Origin: Geosiphon pyriformis uo1
Lineage: Eukaryota > Fungi > Glomeromycota
Assembly (NCBI GenBank): GCA_016748015.1
Contig: JAAOMT010000219.1
Location: 1 to 64,000, forward strand
Reading direction: 5' to 3'
DNA: 64,000 nt
Translations under genes and position numbers: made by a program
The notes under the pieces: generated by a model
Seen by the model: the letters and a program-made list of their open reading frames with translations, nothing else
Databases searched by the model: none
Told to the model about the DNA's origin: nothing
Shown: positions 1-14,482 of the stretch, piece after piece
How the letters are laid out: every line of letters starts with the position of its first letter
Position numbering within the stretch: the first letter of the stretch is position 1

Positions 1-680
1 AAACTTTGTTTAATTGTGTTTTTACTGTAATTTTATTTTACAAACTCGAAGGAATTTAATAAAATACTATTTATTAATATCAAAAAATTTTAAAAAATTT
101 AATTTAGAAAATTAGAATTTACTTTAAAAAATACAATTAAAAAAATTAATTAGTTATTATACATTTGTTAATAAAAACAAAAAAAATATTAGCTAACTAT
201 AAAATAATTTAAAAAAAGTATAATAAATATTTAACAATATAATAATTTAATTATTAATAAGTTTATAATTATTATTAATACAAAAAAATAGAAAACTTTG
301 TTTTTGTATTAATTATAAAAAATTTAATAATATTATATATATAAATAAAAAATTAATAATTATTTATTTAGATAATATTAATCTATTTTCTAATATATTA
401 AACAAACATATATTTAAATAATTTAAAAATACTAAATTAAAACTTTATATAAACAAAGTTTTTTTTAAAAAACAAAATTCAAGTTTTTAAAACATATAAA
501 AAAAAATAGATTAAATCAAATTCAAAAAAATATAAAAGTAAAAAAATTTTAACATTAACTAATTTCTAAAAATCATAAAAATTTTTAAACTTGTTATATA
601 TTATTAATAATTTGTTAAAATATTTCTAAATATTATCTAAATATTATATTAATTATTAATTAAAGATATAAATAAATAAA

Positions 681-1476
681 CAATAAAAAATTTTTTTTTC
701 TCTTATATTCAAAATTTACCAAAAAAGTTGATTCTTTGAAAAAAAGTTTTTAATTATTTAGTATAATAAATTCAAACCATTTTTGTTTAACTGTGAAATT
801 ACTATTGGCTTTAGCATTATTGTTATAAAAAAGTTTATTGAAAATTCTGGCTTTAATATTGTTAATAAACTTATTCTATCAAGGAAAAAAGAAGAAGTAA
901 TGTTTTGAAAGATAATGTTAATATTAAAGAAATTTCTACTAAATGATTAAATAACTGTTCTTAAAGCTTAGATACTTGTAATACTATAGAGTCTGATAGT
1001 GTTAACATAAAAAAAAAGTGTTTAATAAAAGAAACCAGTTTTAACTATTGTAAAAGAAATGCTTTTGAAAAAAAAGATTCTAATTAAACATCAAAAGATT
1101 TATAAGTAAAAACCAAAAAAGCTCTAGAAAAGTTATTAAAAAAAATTAATTTTTTAAGTAATAATAATAATAATGTATTATTAAATGCTTTACTAGCTTT
1201 TTTTCTTCCTTTAAAGAATCTAATAAGTGTTTTTGTTAAAAAATTATTTACTCTAAATATTGGCTTAAATAAGATGATTGAGAAGTTTTTTTAAAAAAAG
1301 TTTATGATGGTTAAGAAGCTGTTTTCAAAAATCAATAATTTTAAGAGAGCTTTAACTCTCTTAAAGTTTGTTGAAATTATTAGAGTGATATTTACATTCA
1401 AATCAAGCTTAGTACAGCTTCTAAAAAGGCTAGAAGTGCAAAGATCTTAGTAAACACCAATCTTAAAAAATCCACT
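681..1476 (+). mobile_element. Degenerate LINE 5' end and ORF1 N-terminal part (same family as 52336-59091), interrupted by a Gypsy insertion
   Basis: Matches the reverse complement of about 58280-59090 (5' end caataaaaaa...; encodes ...KILVNTNLKKST vs NIVVNTNFKRSA). Many G>A/C>T changes. Confidence 0.8.
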
Positions 1477-2427
1477 GAGGTTTTTGGTTTTTTTTTTAAA
1501 TGTTATTAATGTTTGTTTGCTGTTAATTCATATTTCTGGAAGCAGTTAAACCTCTGATAGCTGAATTTATTTTCAAATTATCTCCTATAATTTGAATTAC
1601 TAAACTTATAAATAAAATGGCCAATTCTATGTTAGTTACTTTATATAGTTATATTGTAGTAAATGTCAATTCTTTTTTAGAAATTTTTTATCTGAAAGCT
1701 TATTAAATATGTAGTTACTTTGGGGTAAAAGTCAACTCTTCTACAAAAATCTCATCTGTATACTATTTTAATTATTATAATAATAATAATAATAAAAATG
1801 TAAAAAAAATAGAATTTTATTAAGGAAATCGTTTTCTGTTCAAACTTAGAGTCACTAATAGTTTTACTAAAATTAGTAGTTAATCAATTTCAAAACGTTA
1901 GTTGTGTTTCAAAGAATATTAAGTATAATTATTTCAAGAATTGGTTTTTGAAATATTTTTTATTTTTGAATTATAGTAATGAAAATAAATCTAAATTAAA
2001 ATATTTTTAATAAGATACATTTCTTTGAAGAGAGAAACTTTTCTTTTATACAACTTGTTATAATACTAGTCTATAAACTTGAACTTTTTTCTATTTTTTT
2101 GCTATTATTTTAATAACTTAAAGATATATTTTGACAAACTATAAGTTGTTTCTATAAACTATAACTAATTTTGGTAAATTCTTAAGATATTTCACAAATT
2201 TTGGCAAATTTTAACAAATTCTTGATATTATAGAGTTCAAAGTATTGTGTAATTTAATTATCTTAATTTTTATTATACAAATTGAAATATTAATTAAATA
2301 GTAATATTTGATAATTTAATTAAAATAATAAGTAATAATTAAAATAATATTAATATATACTAATTAATAATAGAAATTATAAAGGTAATTTTATGTTAAT
2401 TTAATGGCTAAAATTCTATTGATAACA
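1477..2427 (-). repeat. 3' LTR of Gypsy A (outer ~8 nt lost in a small junction deletion)
   Basis: Direct repeat of 9728-10670; ends gataaca at 2427. Confidence 0.85.
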
Positions 2428-5400
2428 TAATTTTCTCCTTAAAACTAAGCTCTATTAAAGTTTAAGCACTATTTGTGATATTGAGATAGTAGTTCAAAAT
2501 AATTAAAGTAATTTGTTCTAAAAATTATTAAAATTTCAATTTTGTGAGTTTGCTAATATATTGAATAGATTATAGAGTTTAAAAACTGTTCTAAATTTGT
2601 AATAAGTGTTTGTTAGTTTAGCTACTGTTTTGAATTTGTTGTGAATTTGTTTTTGTATAGCTTTAAAAGTAAGATTGGTTGTTTTAAGTTCCAGTTTTCG
2701 TTCATTAAGTATTTTTTCATTATGAATATATCTAAAAATAGAAGTATATTTATTGCTTTGTTTATTAAGACACAGTTAAAGCTTTTGTTGAATTGTGGCA
2801 TTTGGTGAAATGTTAATTGGAGCAAATAAAAGATTTTCTTTTAAAGCTTGCTTTAAAAATTCTGGCAATTGAATTCCAAAATAATTTTTTGTGTTTTTTT
2901 TATAAGGGTAATAGTTTTGAGAATTATTTAAGTTTGTTGTTTTATTATAACTATTGAGTTTAAATTTTGGAAAATATCTTCAGGATTAATTAAAAAAGAA
3001 TATATACCAATTTGTGGAATTAATAATTCAAGATTGTTTCTAAAATATTAATGCTTTAATTAATCTTTATATGCAACTTTAGCTAGAATTTTGTTATTAA
3101 GTCTTAACTTGTATAATCTATTGTCTAAGATTTGTGAATATAAAATGGTCTGTTCTATTTATATTTAAATTTTCTATTCTATTGTTTTTTAGTCTTAGTT
3201 CTATGTAAGAAAACTTTATTTTTAACTTTGAATTTGTAGATGGCTGGTGGCAATTTGTTGTTATATTATTCTTTTTGTTAAGCTTGAAAGTATTTAATAT
3301 AAGTTGCTGCTATTTGTTTTTTCTTTTTAATCTATTAAGAAAAGTATAGATTTTTTATTAAAACATCTTTTGAAAGTTTTTTTTGTTGATTGGTTACACT
3401 GAATATGTTTTTATAATAAAATTAATTGGTAATATTGCTGTTTTTTTATAGATTAAATCAAAAAGTGTGTGTTTTATAATATTTTGTTTTAGTTTTCTAT
3501 ATGTTGATAATATTGATAAAATAAAAATATCTTATTTCTGTTCAAAATTGGTTAAAACATTGGATAAGAATTCACACAATGTTTAATTGAAATATTTTAT
3601 AAATCTATTTGTTTATAAGTAATAGAATAATAATAAAAGTCTTTTGATATTAAATTGTTTACAAATTTTTTGTACCAAATTATTTATAAAATATGTTTTT
3701 TGATTGAATAAAAGTTTAATTGGGCATTTATGTCTACAAATAATGTCTTTGTAAATAAAATTTGCTATTAATTTTGTGTTTGTTTTTTAAATAACTCTGA
3801 CTTTAGGCCATTTAGTAAAATAATTTATTGTAACTGCTATATAACAGTTTTTTTGCATGATAATGGGTAGTAGTACAACTAAATTAATATTAACTCTATT
3901 AACAGTTGTTCAACTTTAATTGAATTTAGGGGTTCAGTAAGATAAATTCTTTTTTTTTGACAACTATTATATAATTCTACATATTATTAAATGTTTTAAT
4001 ATATGTGTGACCAAAAATAATGTTTAAATGTTTTTTGCATTGTATTATTTCTTCCTAAGTATGCTAATAAAAAGTCTGTTTATATTTTGTATAAGATGAT
4101 TACTTTTTTATTTTGTTAAACTAAGCTGAATAACTTTGTTGGGTTTTTGCAATTTTGGTAATAAAATTTGTTATGATGAATAAAGTATTGTTTTGCTTGG
4201 TTTTGTAATTAGTGTTTTTTAATTGAAAACCAATTTTTTGGTATGTTAAAAGTCTCTAAATAGTTTTTAATATTGTTGTAATTTTTAGAATCTATTGTTT
4301 TATTACTAATTTGTTTGTTTATTAAGTTGTTAATATGAGTTTTAATCTTGTTTTATTCTGAAAAAACTATCAATGTTTGTGTATAATTTCTTTAGTTTGT
4401 GATATATAATATATTTGTAATTAGTTAGAAAATTAGTCTACTAGGATTGCTTTATACTAAGTTTAGAGCTTTTTTTGTTAAGTCATTTAAAGCTAATATT
4501 ATTAATAATATTATTAAATTGAAGTTTATTTTTGAAATATTGCTAAAAGTGTTTGAAAGTTCAGATAATAACTACTGCTTTTAATTCAGTTAAGTCATAC
4601 TTGAATTTTGTTGATTTAAGTGTTTTACTAGTATATATAATTATTTATTTATTGCTATTGTTATCTAATTGTGATAAAATAATATTAAAAGCTGTGTATG
4701 AAATATTGGTAGCTAATTAAAATCTTTTACTAAAGTCTGAATAGGCAAAAATTAAAACTGTAATGAGTTTTTCTTTAAGAGTATTAAATATTTGTTAATA
4801 ATATGTCTAAAAAAAATCAAATTTGTTTTTTCAAAGTAATATTTTTTAATGTTTAATTTTAATTTTGCTTTCCATAATTATTGAAAATCTTCTTTTAAGT
4901 AAATTAAATAAGCTTCAAAACTTAAAAAATATACATTAGTATTATTAAAATAAACAATTACTAATTGTCTTAAGAGTTTTTTATAAACAACATTTATAAG
5001 TTTTTGGAATATTGCTGGTATATTATAGAGTTTGAAAAATATAATATTGAATTTATAGTTTTTTTTTGTGTAGTAAAGACTGTTTTGAAGTGGTTTTTAG
5101 AATTTATCTTAATTTATTAGTATCTGTTTTTCAAATTTAAAGTTAAAAAAAACTTGGCTTTTCTAAAAGCATTTAGCATATTGTCAATTCTTGGAAGGAA
5201 ATATATATTTTTAATTATTATATTGTTGAGTTAACAATAATCTACACAAAATTTGATTTTGTTATTTTTTTTTTAACAAAGATTGCTGGTAAATTCAAAA
5301 ATTTTTTGATGATTGGATAAGATTATTGTTAAATATTTATTGTATTTCTTCTCTAATGAATTGGTGACTAGCAGATAGGATGTAATAACCTTGTTAGTGT

Positions 5401-5964
5401 TTTGATAAAGCATTTTTTGTGTAAATTTGATGCTGTATAATGTTAGTTTTTTCAAAATTATTGTTATTTTTGGCAAATATATCAGCATAGTTAATAATTA
5501 AATGTTTTAATTATCTTTGTTATTGTGGTTTCAAGTAATTTATATTGATTTGCAAAAGTTTTTTTTTAATAAAATAATAGTTTTTAGTAGTAAGCAGAAT
5601 ATTTGAATTTGAAAAAAGAATGTGTTTTACAATTTCAATAAAATTAAAGATGTTTTATTTTTAAAAATATTGCTATATATGATTTTAATTTCTAATCTAT
5701 TTAATAAAATAATAAGATAATTGTTGGGATTATAAAAAGTAATTTGTAATTTTTTATTTTTTTTGAAATATAAACGTTTAGAATTGAAATTTTGTGTTTT
5801 AAACAAATTTTTTTATTTAATTCAAGAATTTGTTGTGTAGTAATAGGTTTTGAACAAATATAAATTTCGTGATATTTTTTAAAAAGTAAAATGATAATTG
5901 ATTATAAAAATTAAAGAATCTGGTGGGATTTATTTTGTGTTTTAAGAACTATATTTACTAAAAC

Positions 5965-6362
5965 TGTAAATCATTCCATTAAACCAAAATCTTAAGTTTC
6001 TTTATTATTTTTGCCTAATTGTTCTCTTTAATTGACTGGTTGTAAACCCAAAATGTTGATTAAGAGCAGATAAATTGCTTGGACAATTTTTCAGCATGTT
6101 TAATTTTAAATAATTTTTCAGTATTATTTTGTAGCATAATTGTAATGTTTTTAATGTATTTTGTATTTATAACTTCTCTTCTAATGTTGATTTTTTTGCT
6201 TGCCAATAATAATTAGAAAGCAATTTGGACTATTGCTCTTAATAGTATTTCAAAGACAATTTCGAAGTTGATTTTTATTAGGAACTTGGATTGAAAGATT
6301 AAGATATTTTTGTCTGAATATTGTTGATTATAATTAATATCAATTTTATGGACTTTTTCTGG
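5965..6362 (-). pseudogene. Degenerate dUTPase domain in the pol of Gypsy A
   Basis: Minus strand reads PEKVHKIDINYNQQYS...VQIAF*LLLASKKINIRREVINTKYIKNITIMLQN...EKIVQAIYLLL...KET*DFGLME, collinear with the dUTPase at 32750-33180. Confidence 0.75.
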
Positions 6363-9300
6363 CTTGATTTTTTGTTTATTATTGTCAAAGTATTTAAACT
6401 ATATGGCAGCTTGATTTTCAACCAAATATATTAGTATAGTTGCAATTTTTTCTTTCAGTTTAGGTTCTTCAAATTCAATTTCATGTTTATTACTTCTTTT
6501 AAACAAGGAGATGTTAAAAAAATAGCATTCTGGACACCATTAATTATTACAAGACATAATATATTCTTTACACAGTTGAATGTTTATTTGTTCTAATTGC
6601 TGAATTTAAGCTTTTTTGGTAATTTGTAATTTAGTAATATACTTCTACTTTATTTTTTAGTTGTATTCAATAATTTCAAAATGTATTCAATATATTCAGC
6701 TTTTTTTATTTGATGAATATCTTTTTGGATTTCTCTATTGATCAGAACTATAACCAGTTTATAAATTATTTTGGCATTATGTAAATAATTGTAAAATTTG
6801 TTAAGAGTACTATTATAAGCAACATTAAATAAAGTTTCTTTTTTTATTTTTTCTGCAATTGATAAGACATATTGACAAGTTTGATTGCAAACTCTTCTTT
6901 TTATTGTAACATTAATCCAGTTGTATTCTTTGAGTAATAGTTTTTCACAAGTAAAACAAAAAGTGTTATCCTATTTTTCAGTTTATTTGAGATATTTAAA
7001 TTGTTTTCAGTAGTAGGCTTTATAGTAATAGCAAGTACATATCTCATATTTTTTTTTGGTAATATACAGACTTTTATAAATAAAAGCTTTTTTTTGTAAT
7101 TTTTGTATTTAAATAAAATATATAATAGTTGTTTTATGATTTTGATTTGAAATAGTAGACAAAATTTTATTTTCTGGTTTTTTTAAAAAATTTTTGTTCT
7201 GTTTTTTTAGTCCAATTAGATGTTAATTCAAGAACTATGTAAGTTTTGGTAATTGACTTTTTTTTCTCTTTTTTAAATTCAAATACAGAAGCTTTTTTCA
7301 ATTATTTATTGAAAGTACTACAAATAACAGATACTTTAATATATTGTTCTTAATACGAAATTTTTAATTTCTAAGTCTCTCAATCTAGATTTGCATTGGC
7401 CTTAATAAGCCAATTATTTTTAATAAGAGCTTAATATTGAAGTGCATTTATGACTAAAACTTTAATTAAAATAGTAATTCTATTAATTGTAAATAAAAAT
7501 TTGTTAATTTTTCTTACTGGTGTTTTTTAATACTATTTGCTATAATAATAACTATCTGAGCAAATTTGTTAATGTTTTATTGTAGCTGTTGTATCAACTG
7601 GTAAGTAATAATGTTTTCACTAAATTTACTGTTTAATATTAAACAAATTGGTTTTTTTTAACTTTGGCTTCTGTGTATATAGCAATAATTGCTTTTTGTT
7701 CCGTAATAATTGTATTGTTAAACAAAAATAGTGATTTATTTAAATTTAAATAAAAATATATCTAAAAGGTTGGTATTTTGGGCAATTCTGACTAATAAAA
7801 TTGTATTACTAAAAAAGTTTTGTATTTTTATTTTTAAAAAGTGCAGTTTGCTAAAAATCTGATTTTTTTGGTATTGTAAAATAATTGAGTTGGATGTAAA
7901 AGTAACTGGATCTTTGCTGAACTGGATTTCAGAGAACTATTTGATTGTTGGGATTGAATTTATTGTTGTTTATTGCAAATTAGTTTTAAAATACAAATTG
8001 GTTTGATTGAACTTATCTTTGAGCAAATACTTAATATTATTATATAGACAGTAATTAATATTGTTATTGTATTAGTTGTAAAGCAAGCTAATAATAGTTA
8101 GTTTGATATTAGAGTTTGAATAGATAGTACAATGATAATAAAGATTAATAATAAGATGGCTATAGTTAGAAATAACATTAATTATTTCTGTTTTATTAGT
8201 CTTTTTACATCTTTCTACAATCTCATTTCTAGTGTCCTAGAATTTTACAGTAATAGCAGTTCTGAAATTGGTTGTTAGATGATAATAAGAAAAAACTGTT
8301 TTGATTTTGTCATTGTAGTGACTGGTATTTTTGTTGTTGCTGTTATTATTATTAATATCTAAAATAGTTTTTTATTTTTTAGTGAATTAATTAATTTTTT
8401 TTGGCTGTTAAGCTGGTTTTACTGATTGCAAAGTTAATGAATTTGGTGCATTTTGCTTTTTTTATTGTTATTTTATAGTTTTTTGCATGTTAAATAGTTG
8501 TAACTAAGTCTGCTGAGGCATAGAAACAAACTTTTTTGATTAATTTATCTATTAATTCAGCAATAAATTGGTCCAAAATCTGAATATTAGAATAATAGTT
8601 ATTAGTTTTTAATTGTTAAATTCTTTAGAGAAGTTTGTTAAATCTTTTAAAATAAGTTATAATGAATTTGAATAATTTTTGTTTGATATTACAAAATTAG
8701 TTTTAAAAGATAATAGAGATATTGTTGTTAGTAAATTGTTTTAGAAAAGCATTTTTAAATACTTGTTAGGCTTTAAAAAATTTAACCAAGTTTTCAAACC
8801 ATTTGTTTGTTATTTTTTAAAGAAAGTATAGAATTGCTTTTAATATTTTTACTGTATTCTATCTATTTGCATTTTTTGCTTTTTGAACTTTATTAAACCA
8901 TTCTTGTAAACTGGTGTTTGTATTTTTTTTAGTAAATTCTGTAATTTTTACAATATAGGTAATTGCTATGTCTTTAATATTTTCATTTTTAGTAGTTTTT
9001 TTTTCTGTAAATTCAAAAATGTTTTTATTTTTAATAAAGTTATTGCTTTGGTTCTTTGCTAAAAAATTGAGAAGATTAGTACTAATAAAAATTTGTTCAG
9101 ATTATTATGTTAGATTTTTTGATAATGTAAAATTTTTTGGTCTTAAGAAATAGTTGAGTAATGAATTTGGTGTTTGAACTTAAGCAAAAAAAAACTAGAA
9201 AAAATATGATTAAAAATAGTAGTTTAGAACTAGTTTCTTGTTTAAGTGTTTACAAATATTTAAAAATTGTTTTTGGTGTGTTGGATGTTGTTTTTAAGTT

Positions 9301-9727
9301 TTATTTTTGTTTTTGTTTTTCTTTGTTGTTATTTTCGAACTTTAATTCTATATTTAAAGAAAATTTAGATTGGATTGAGTATTTTTCTTCACAATATTAA
9401 ATAATATTAAAGTTAAGTTCTTAAAAGTAAGTGTTGAGTGTTTTATTATTAAAGTTTTTTGTTCTTAAGCAGAAATAGTATAGTAAGTTTTTATAAAGAT
9501 TGTTTTTAACTTCTAAAATGTTGTAGTTTCCAAAAAAAATAATTGTTAATATAGTGCTTAATATATTGGTATAATAATTTCTTGAAAATTTCAATTCTGT
9601 TTTGGATGTTAAATCTTTGCTTACAATAAATGTAAATCAATTAATAATACTCTAAAGTTGTTTTATCAGGTGTGATCGCCACTTTGAAGTTATTATTGTT
9701 GTTTTATTTCTATAAAAAAGCACTAAA

Positions 9728-10670
9728 TATTATTAAAGATTTTTGGTCTTTTTTTTTGAATGTTTTTAATGTCTGTTTGCTGTTAATTCATGTTTTCTGG
9801 AAGCAGTTGAATCTTTGATAACTGAATTTATTTTCAAATTATCTCTTATAATTTTAATTGTTGGGTTTATAAGTAAAATAGCCAATTTTGTATTAATTAC
9901 TTTATATAGTTATGTTGTAATAAATATCAACTTTTTTTCAGAAATTGCTTGTTTAGAAACTCATTAAATATTTAATTACTTTGCTGTAAAAGTCAACTTT
10001 TCTATAAAAATTTTGTTTATAGACTATTTTAATAATTATAATAAAAATAAAAATAAAAATAAAAGAAATACAAAAAAAATAGAATTTTATTAAGAAAATT
10101 GTTTTCTGTTTAGACCTGGAGTTACTAATGGTTTTACTGAAATTGGTAGCTAATTAATTTCAAAATATTAATTGTGTTTTAAGGAATATCAAGTATAATT
10201 ATTTTAAAAATTGGTTTTCAAAATATTTTTTTTATTTTTAAATTGTAGTAATAAAAAAAAATCTAAATTAAGATATCTCTGATAAGATACATTTTTTTAA
10301 AGAAAAAAGCTCTTTTTTTATACAATTTGTTGTAGTGCTAGTCTATAAATTTGAACTTTTTTTTTTGCTATTATTTTGACAACTTAAAAATATATTTTAA
10401 TAAACTATAAGTTGTTTACAAATTATGACTAATATTAGTAAATTATTAAGATATTTCACAATTTTTTGATATTATAGAGTTTAAGATATTGTGTAATTTA
10501 ATTATTTTAATTTCTATTATACAAATTAAAATATTAATTAATAGTAATATTTAATAATTTAATTAAAATAATAAGTAATAATTGAAATAATATTAATATA
10601 TACTAATTAATAATAGAAATTATAAAAGTAATTTTATGCTAATTTAATAGCTAAAATTCTAATGGTAATA
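9728..10670 (-). repeat. 5' LTR of Gypsy A
   Basis: Direct repeat of 1477-2427 and inverted copy of solo LTR 23640-24596. The TG..CA termini are mutated to TA..TA. Confidence 0.85.
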
Positions 10671-10835
10671 ATGTTAACCAAAACTGTACATATATTATTG
10701 TCTAAATTTAAGTTGATTAAATTGATCAAAATACAATTAGTAGAAATATGGCAAAAAGCAATAGTGAAATTTGACCAATTTAATCAGATCAATTTAATTA
10801 TAACAAAATAATCTATCCTAATTAAAAAAAATGCT
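10671..10835 (+). mobile_element. Continuation of the LINE ORF1 broken at 1476
   Basis: Encodes ...LIKIQLVEIWQKAIVKFDQFNQINLIITK*SILIKKNA, matching SIKM*LVGLWQKAVVEFEQLDHANLVTTKWSILIKKDA of the intact LINE. Confidence 0.75.
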
Positions 10836-13800
10836 AGTCTACAAGACTTAATAGTTTTTTATGTAGATTTTTTCTGTTTTTTCTCCAATTCAATCAATAA
10901 TTGCTTTCTTGAAGAAGCTTTAAAGTATTCACAAGTGGTAAATACTTAAATATACTGATCATTAAATATTAATTAAAGTTTTTGAATGTTCTAATTAAGT
11001 ATAGCATTGGTTTTAGACAGTCAATTATTACTAATAAGAGCTTAATACTGCATAGTCTTTATAACTAAGACTTTAATGAGCATAGTAATGTCATTAACTT
11101 CGAATGAAAAGTTATCAATTTTGTTAATAAGAGTTTTAGTTGTTCTATTAGTAGTAATAATTCTAACATTGACAGTTCAATTAATTTGACAATCTAATTA
11201 GTTTATAAGTTGTCATATGATAATACTGTCTACTAAACCACTATTAAAAATTAGTTTAATAGAATACTTATTAATTTTAATATTAATATATATTGTGATA
11301 ATTAGTTTGGTATTAAGAGCAGTTTCACTAAATAAAGAATTTTCAGTTTTTTTTTTATTTAAATAAAAATATGACAGCAAGTAATTTGTTCTTAGTAATA
11401 GTTGCTGGTAGAATATTGTTAATAAGTAGTTGTTTTGATGGTTTTAAGTTGTTAGATTGAGTATTTTTTGTAATAATCAAAAAGCTTAAATAATTTTAAA
11501 AATTCGAATTTTGGATGTATTTATTTCTTGAATTTTTTGGGTATGATCCTAATAGCTGGTTTAAAAAACTAAGAATTAGTTAATACATAATCATTGCCAA
11601 TTTCCAATTTTGTTGAGTGTAATTGATTCTTGGTTTTTGATTTTTATTGATAATTTAAGCTGAAATTTGGAGTTGTATTTGAATTTGTTAGGATTAATAG
11701 ATTATTTGTGATTATGATAGTTAATAGATTATTGGTGTTAGTATTTAATAAATTAAAGATAAATATATTGATTATTGTATTATTAATGCATAATAAGATT
11801 AATTTTGGTATAGTTCTAATAATTAATTGTTGATATAATTCAGAATTTAAAACCTGCAATTGGAATTTTAATATTAATTTTCTGATTGTTAGTTATTTAA
11901 TCTTATTCTATAGTCTATTTTTAAGTGTTTTTGTTTATTATAATAGTAGCAGATATGTATTTTTTGCTATCATAATAGATTTGCTGATAATAATAATAAA
12001 CATAACTAATTTTAGAATCTGTTTGGGTTTTTTAATAGTTGTAATATTAAAAAGATTGATAAATTGTTGTATTATTAAATAAATATTTTTTTAGTTTCTA
12101 ATTAATTGAGTTACTAAATTGTTTTAGCTTAGAATTCAATTCAGATGATTTATTTATTACTAGGTTTATGGTTTAGGTATAATTGACTTTAAGTTCTGTC
12201 ATTTCAAAATTTCAGGCATGTATAACTGCATCTTAAAGTGTATTTGAATATAATAAGTGTACTTGTTACAAAAAACTATTATGTAATCTGTAAATAAATT
12301 GGTTCAATATTTGTGATATTGTAAAGTAATTCATATTAATTGCTTAAATCTGATGTAAATTTTTGTAAAAGTGTCCCAAGTAAGTAGTAACTGTTTTTGT
12401 GTTATCTTGTTTAATTGTAGTAAAACCAGTTAATAAGTAATTAATACTGTTATAATTACTAAAATATTGTAGAAATATTACTTTAAATGTTTTGAAATCT
12501 TGTGGCTTGTTTATTAAGCTCTGATACCATAAGTTTGCAGTATTTTACAAAAAGTATGAGATAGTTTAAAGCACTCTGGTGTTATTTTATTTATTGGCTG
12601 CAATAGTTTTTGCCATATTATTTAGTTATGCTTGGATATTGTCTTTTTTGCCAGTAAATATTTCAAGTTTAGTAATTGGTAAATATGTTATTTGTCCTAA
12701 AAATAAATTAATTTGTTGTTAATAGAAAATAACTATTGGTGCATTTAATAATAGATTGATTCAGATAATTGAAAACAAGTTTTGTTAAAGAATAAAAATA
12801 AAATTTAGATTATTCAGATTTTGCTAAGTTTAAACAATTGGAGTTTGGACTTTTAAGTTATTTGAAATTAAGTTTTAATTATTAATTTTCTGATTATTGT
12901 TTTTTTTTTCTTCTGATTTGGTTTCTGTCCAATTATTGGTAAATCCGAAATTTGGTTAAAGTGGCAGTAATCAAAGTTCTAATAAAGTTGTTGGTCATAA
13001 TTTAAATTTCTCAAAATAATTGCCATAAATTCTTAATAATTTGGTTTTTTTTGATTATTTTGAAATAGTACTAATGATAATAATATTTTTAACATAGGTG
13101 CTGCTGTTAATTTTATTTAAATGGTACTTTCAAATATATAGTAATATGATAGATTAATAAGTAAAATAATTTTTGGTTTTTTCCAAATAGATAATTGTAT
13201 TTTTTTTGGAGTTTCTGCTAAAATTTGTAGCTTTTTTTTTGTCAACAAAAATAATAAGAAATCTTTGTTTGGTATAAACTTCAATCTCACAATTTATCTA
13301 TGATTATTGGAACAAACTATAATTTTGCAGAAAATTAATGTATTATAGTAGTTTACTGTAAAAATTTTTAATGACAGTTTTTAGATCTTTTTGGTCTTTC
13401 AAGTAGTATATAATTTTTTTATTAACATAGAAATTAAAGACTAATTCTGTTGGCTAATAATTATTTGTTAATTCAAGATAAATTTGGTAATATTAAAATA
13501 AAGATTTCACAAATTTAAGTAATTTTTTTTATGATTTTTTGGTTTGTTATTTTTTTAGATAGTTGTTAATAATGTTTGTTTTCTGTTAGATTATATCTTA
13601 CAGAAAACACCAAATATTACAAGTAATTATTTGGGTGTTAAAATAAATAACAAATCTGTAATTTGGTTTTCAATAATTATTAATAATAGTAATTTTTAAA
13701 AATTTTATGATTTAAAGATTTTGGTTGAGTTTTTTGTATAATAAACAGATATTTAATTAATGGTTTTTTTTATGAATTTTTTTTTTTAGCATGATGGTCA

Positions 13801-14482
13801 GTTTAATTTGGCAGTTGTGCTTTTTTGATAAACTATTGTTAAGTTTTTCTACTTTTGTTTTATAGATTTTTTACTAAACTATCCTTGATGTCAAATACTT
13901 AGTGCTTAATTTTTTTAATTAATTAGTAAACAACAAAGAAACAAAATAAAAAAAACTAAAATAAATAAAAAAAAATAAATAAAAAATAAAAAATAAAAAT
14001 AAAAAATTAGTAACTTAATAATAGTCATAATCAAAAATTATTGTTCTAATATAGTTAAGTATTAAATTCTATTAATATAAAGTATTAATAATAAAAAGTG
14101 ATTAATATTTTTAATCAAATGATAATAACATAAATTGGATAATAATTATTAAAATTGATGTGATTTCACTTCAAGTTATAGAAAATTATCTTTTAAAGAA
14201 AGAAATATAAAATAAATAGTTAGTACTAACTACTATTCTGTCTAAATAAGATTTTGAATACTTTTTTTACTTTTAACCCTTTTAGTATATATACATAATT
14301 TATGTTATACAAAATTTTTTAAAATCTTTTAATTTCTTTGAAAAAAATTCTAGAATTCTGAAATTCTGAAATTCTGAAATCCTGCAATTTTTCAAGAGAT
14401 ATTTTGCAATTTTTTTTTATTATGTCTATTTCTGATTGGCTATTTTATTTATTATTATAATTTCTAATTTTTATAAGTAACA
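10836..14482 (-). mobile_element. Truncated Gypsy element (5' LTR, PBS, gag, protease) related to family C
   Basis: LTR at 13615-14482. PBS relic cttacagaaaacaccaaa at 13597-13614. Internal sequence is homologous to about 34200-37045. Confidence 0.8.

Larger units (their letters stand above)
1477..10670 (-). mobile_element. Ty3/Gypsy LTR retrotransposon family A, full length, heavily mutated (gag-PR-Cys-rich-dUTPase-RT-RH-IN)
   Basis: About 945-bp direct repeats at 1477-2427 and 9728-10670. PBS relic ...aagcactaaa before 9728 and purine tract next to 2428. Minus-strand relics: LILNSKFSENII (protease, ~7610-7645), dUTPase, RT, RH and IN in Gypsy order. Confidence 0.85.
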
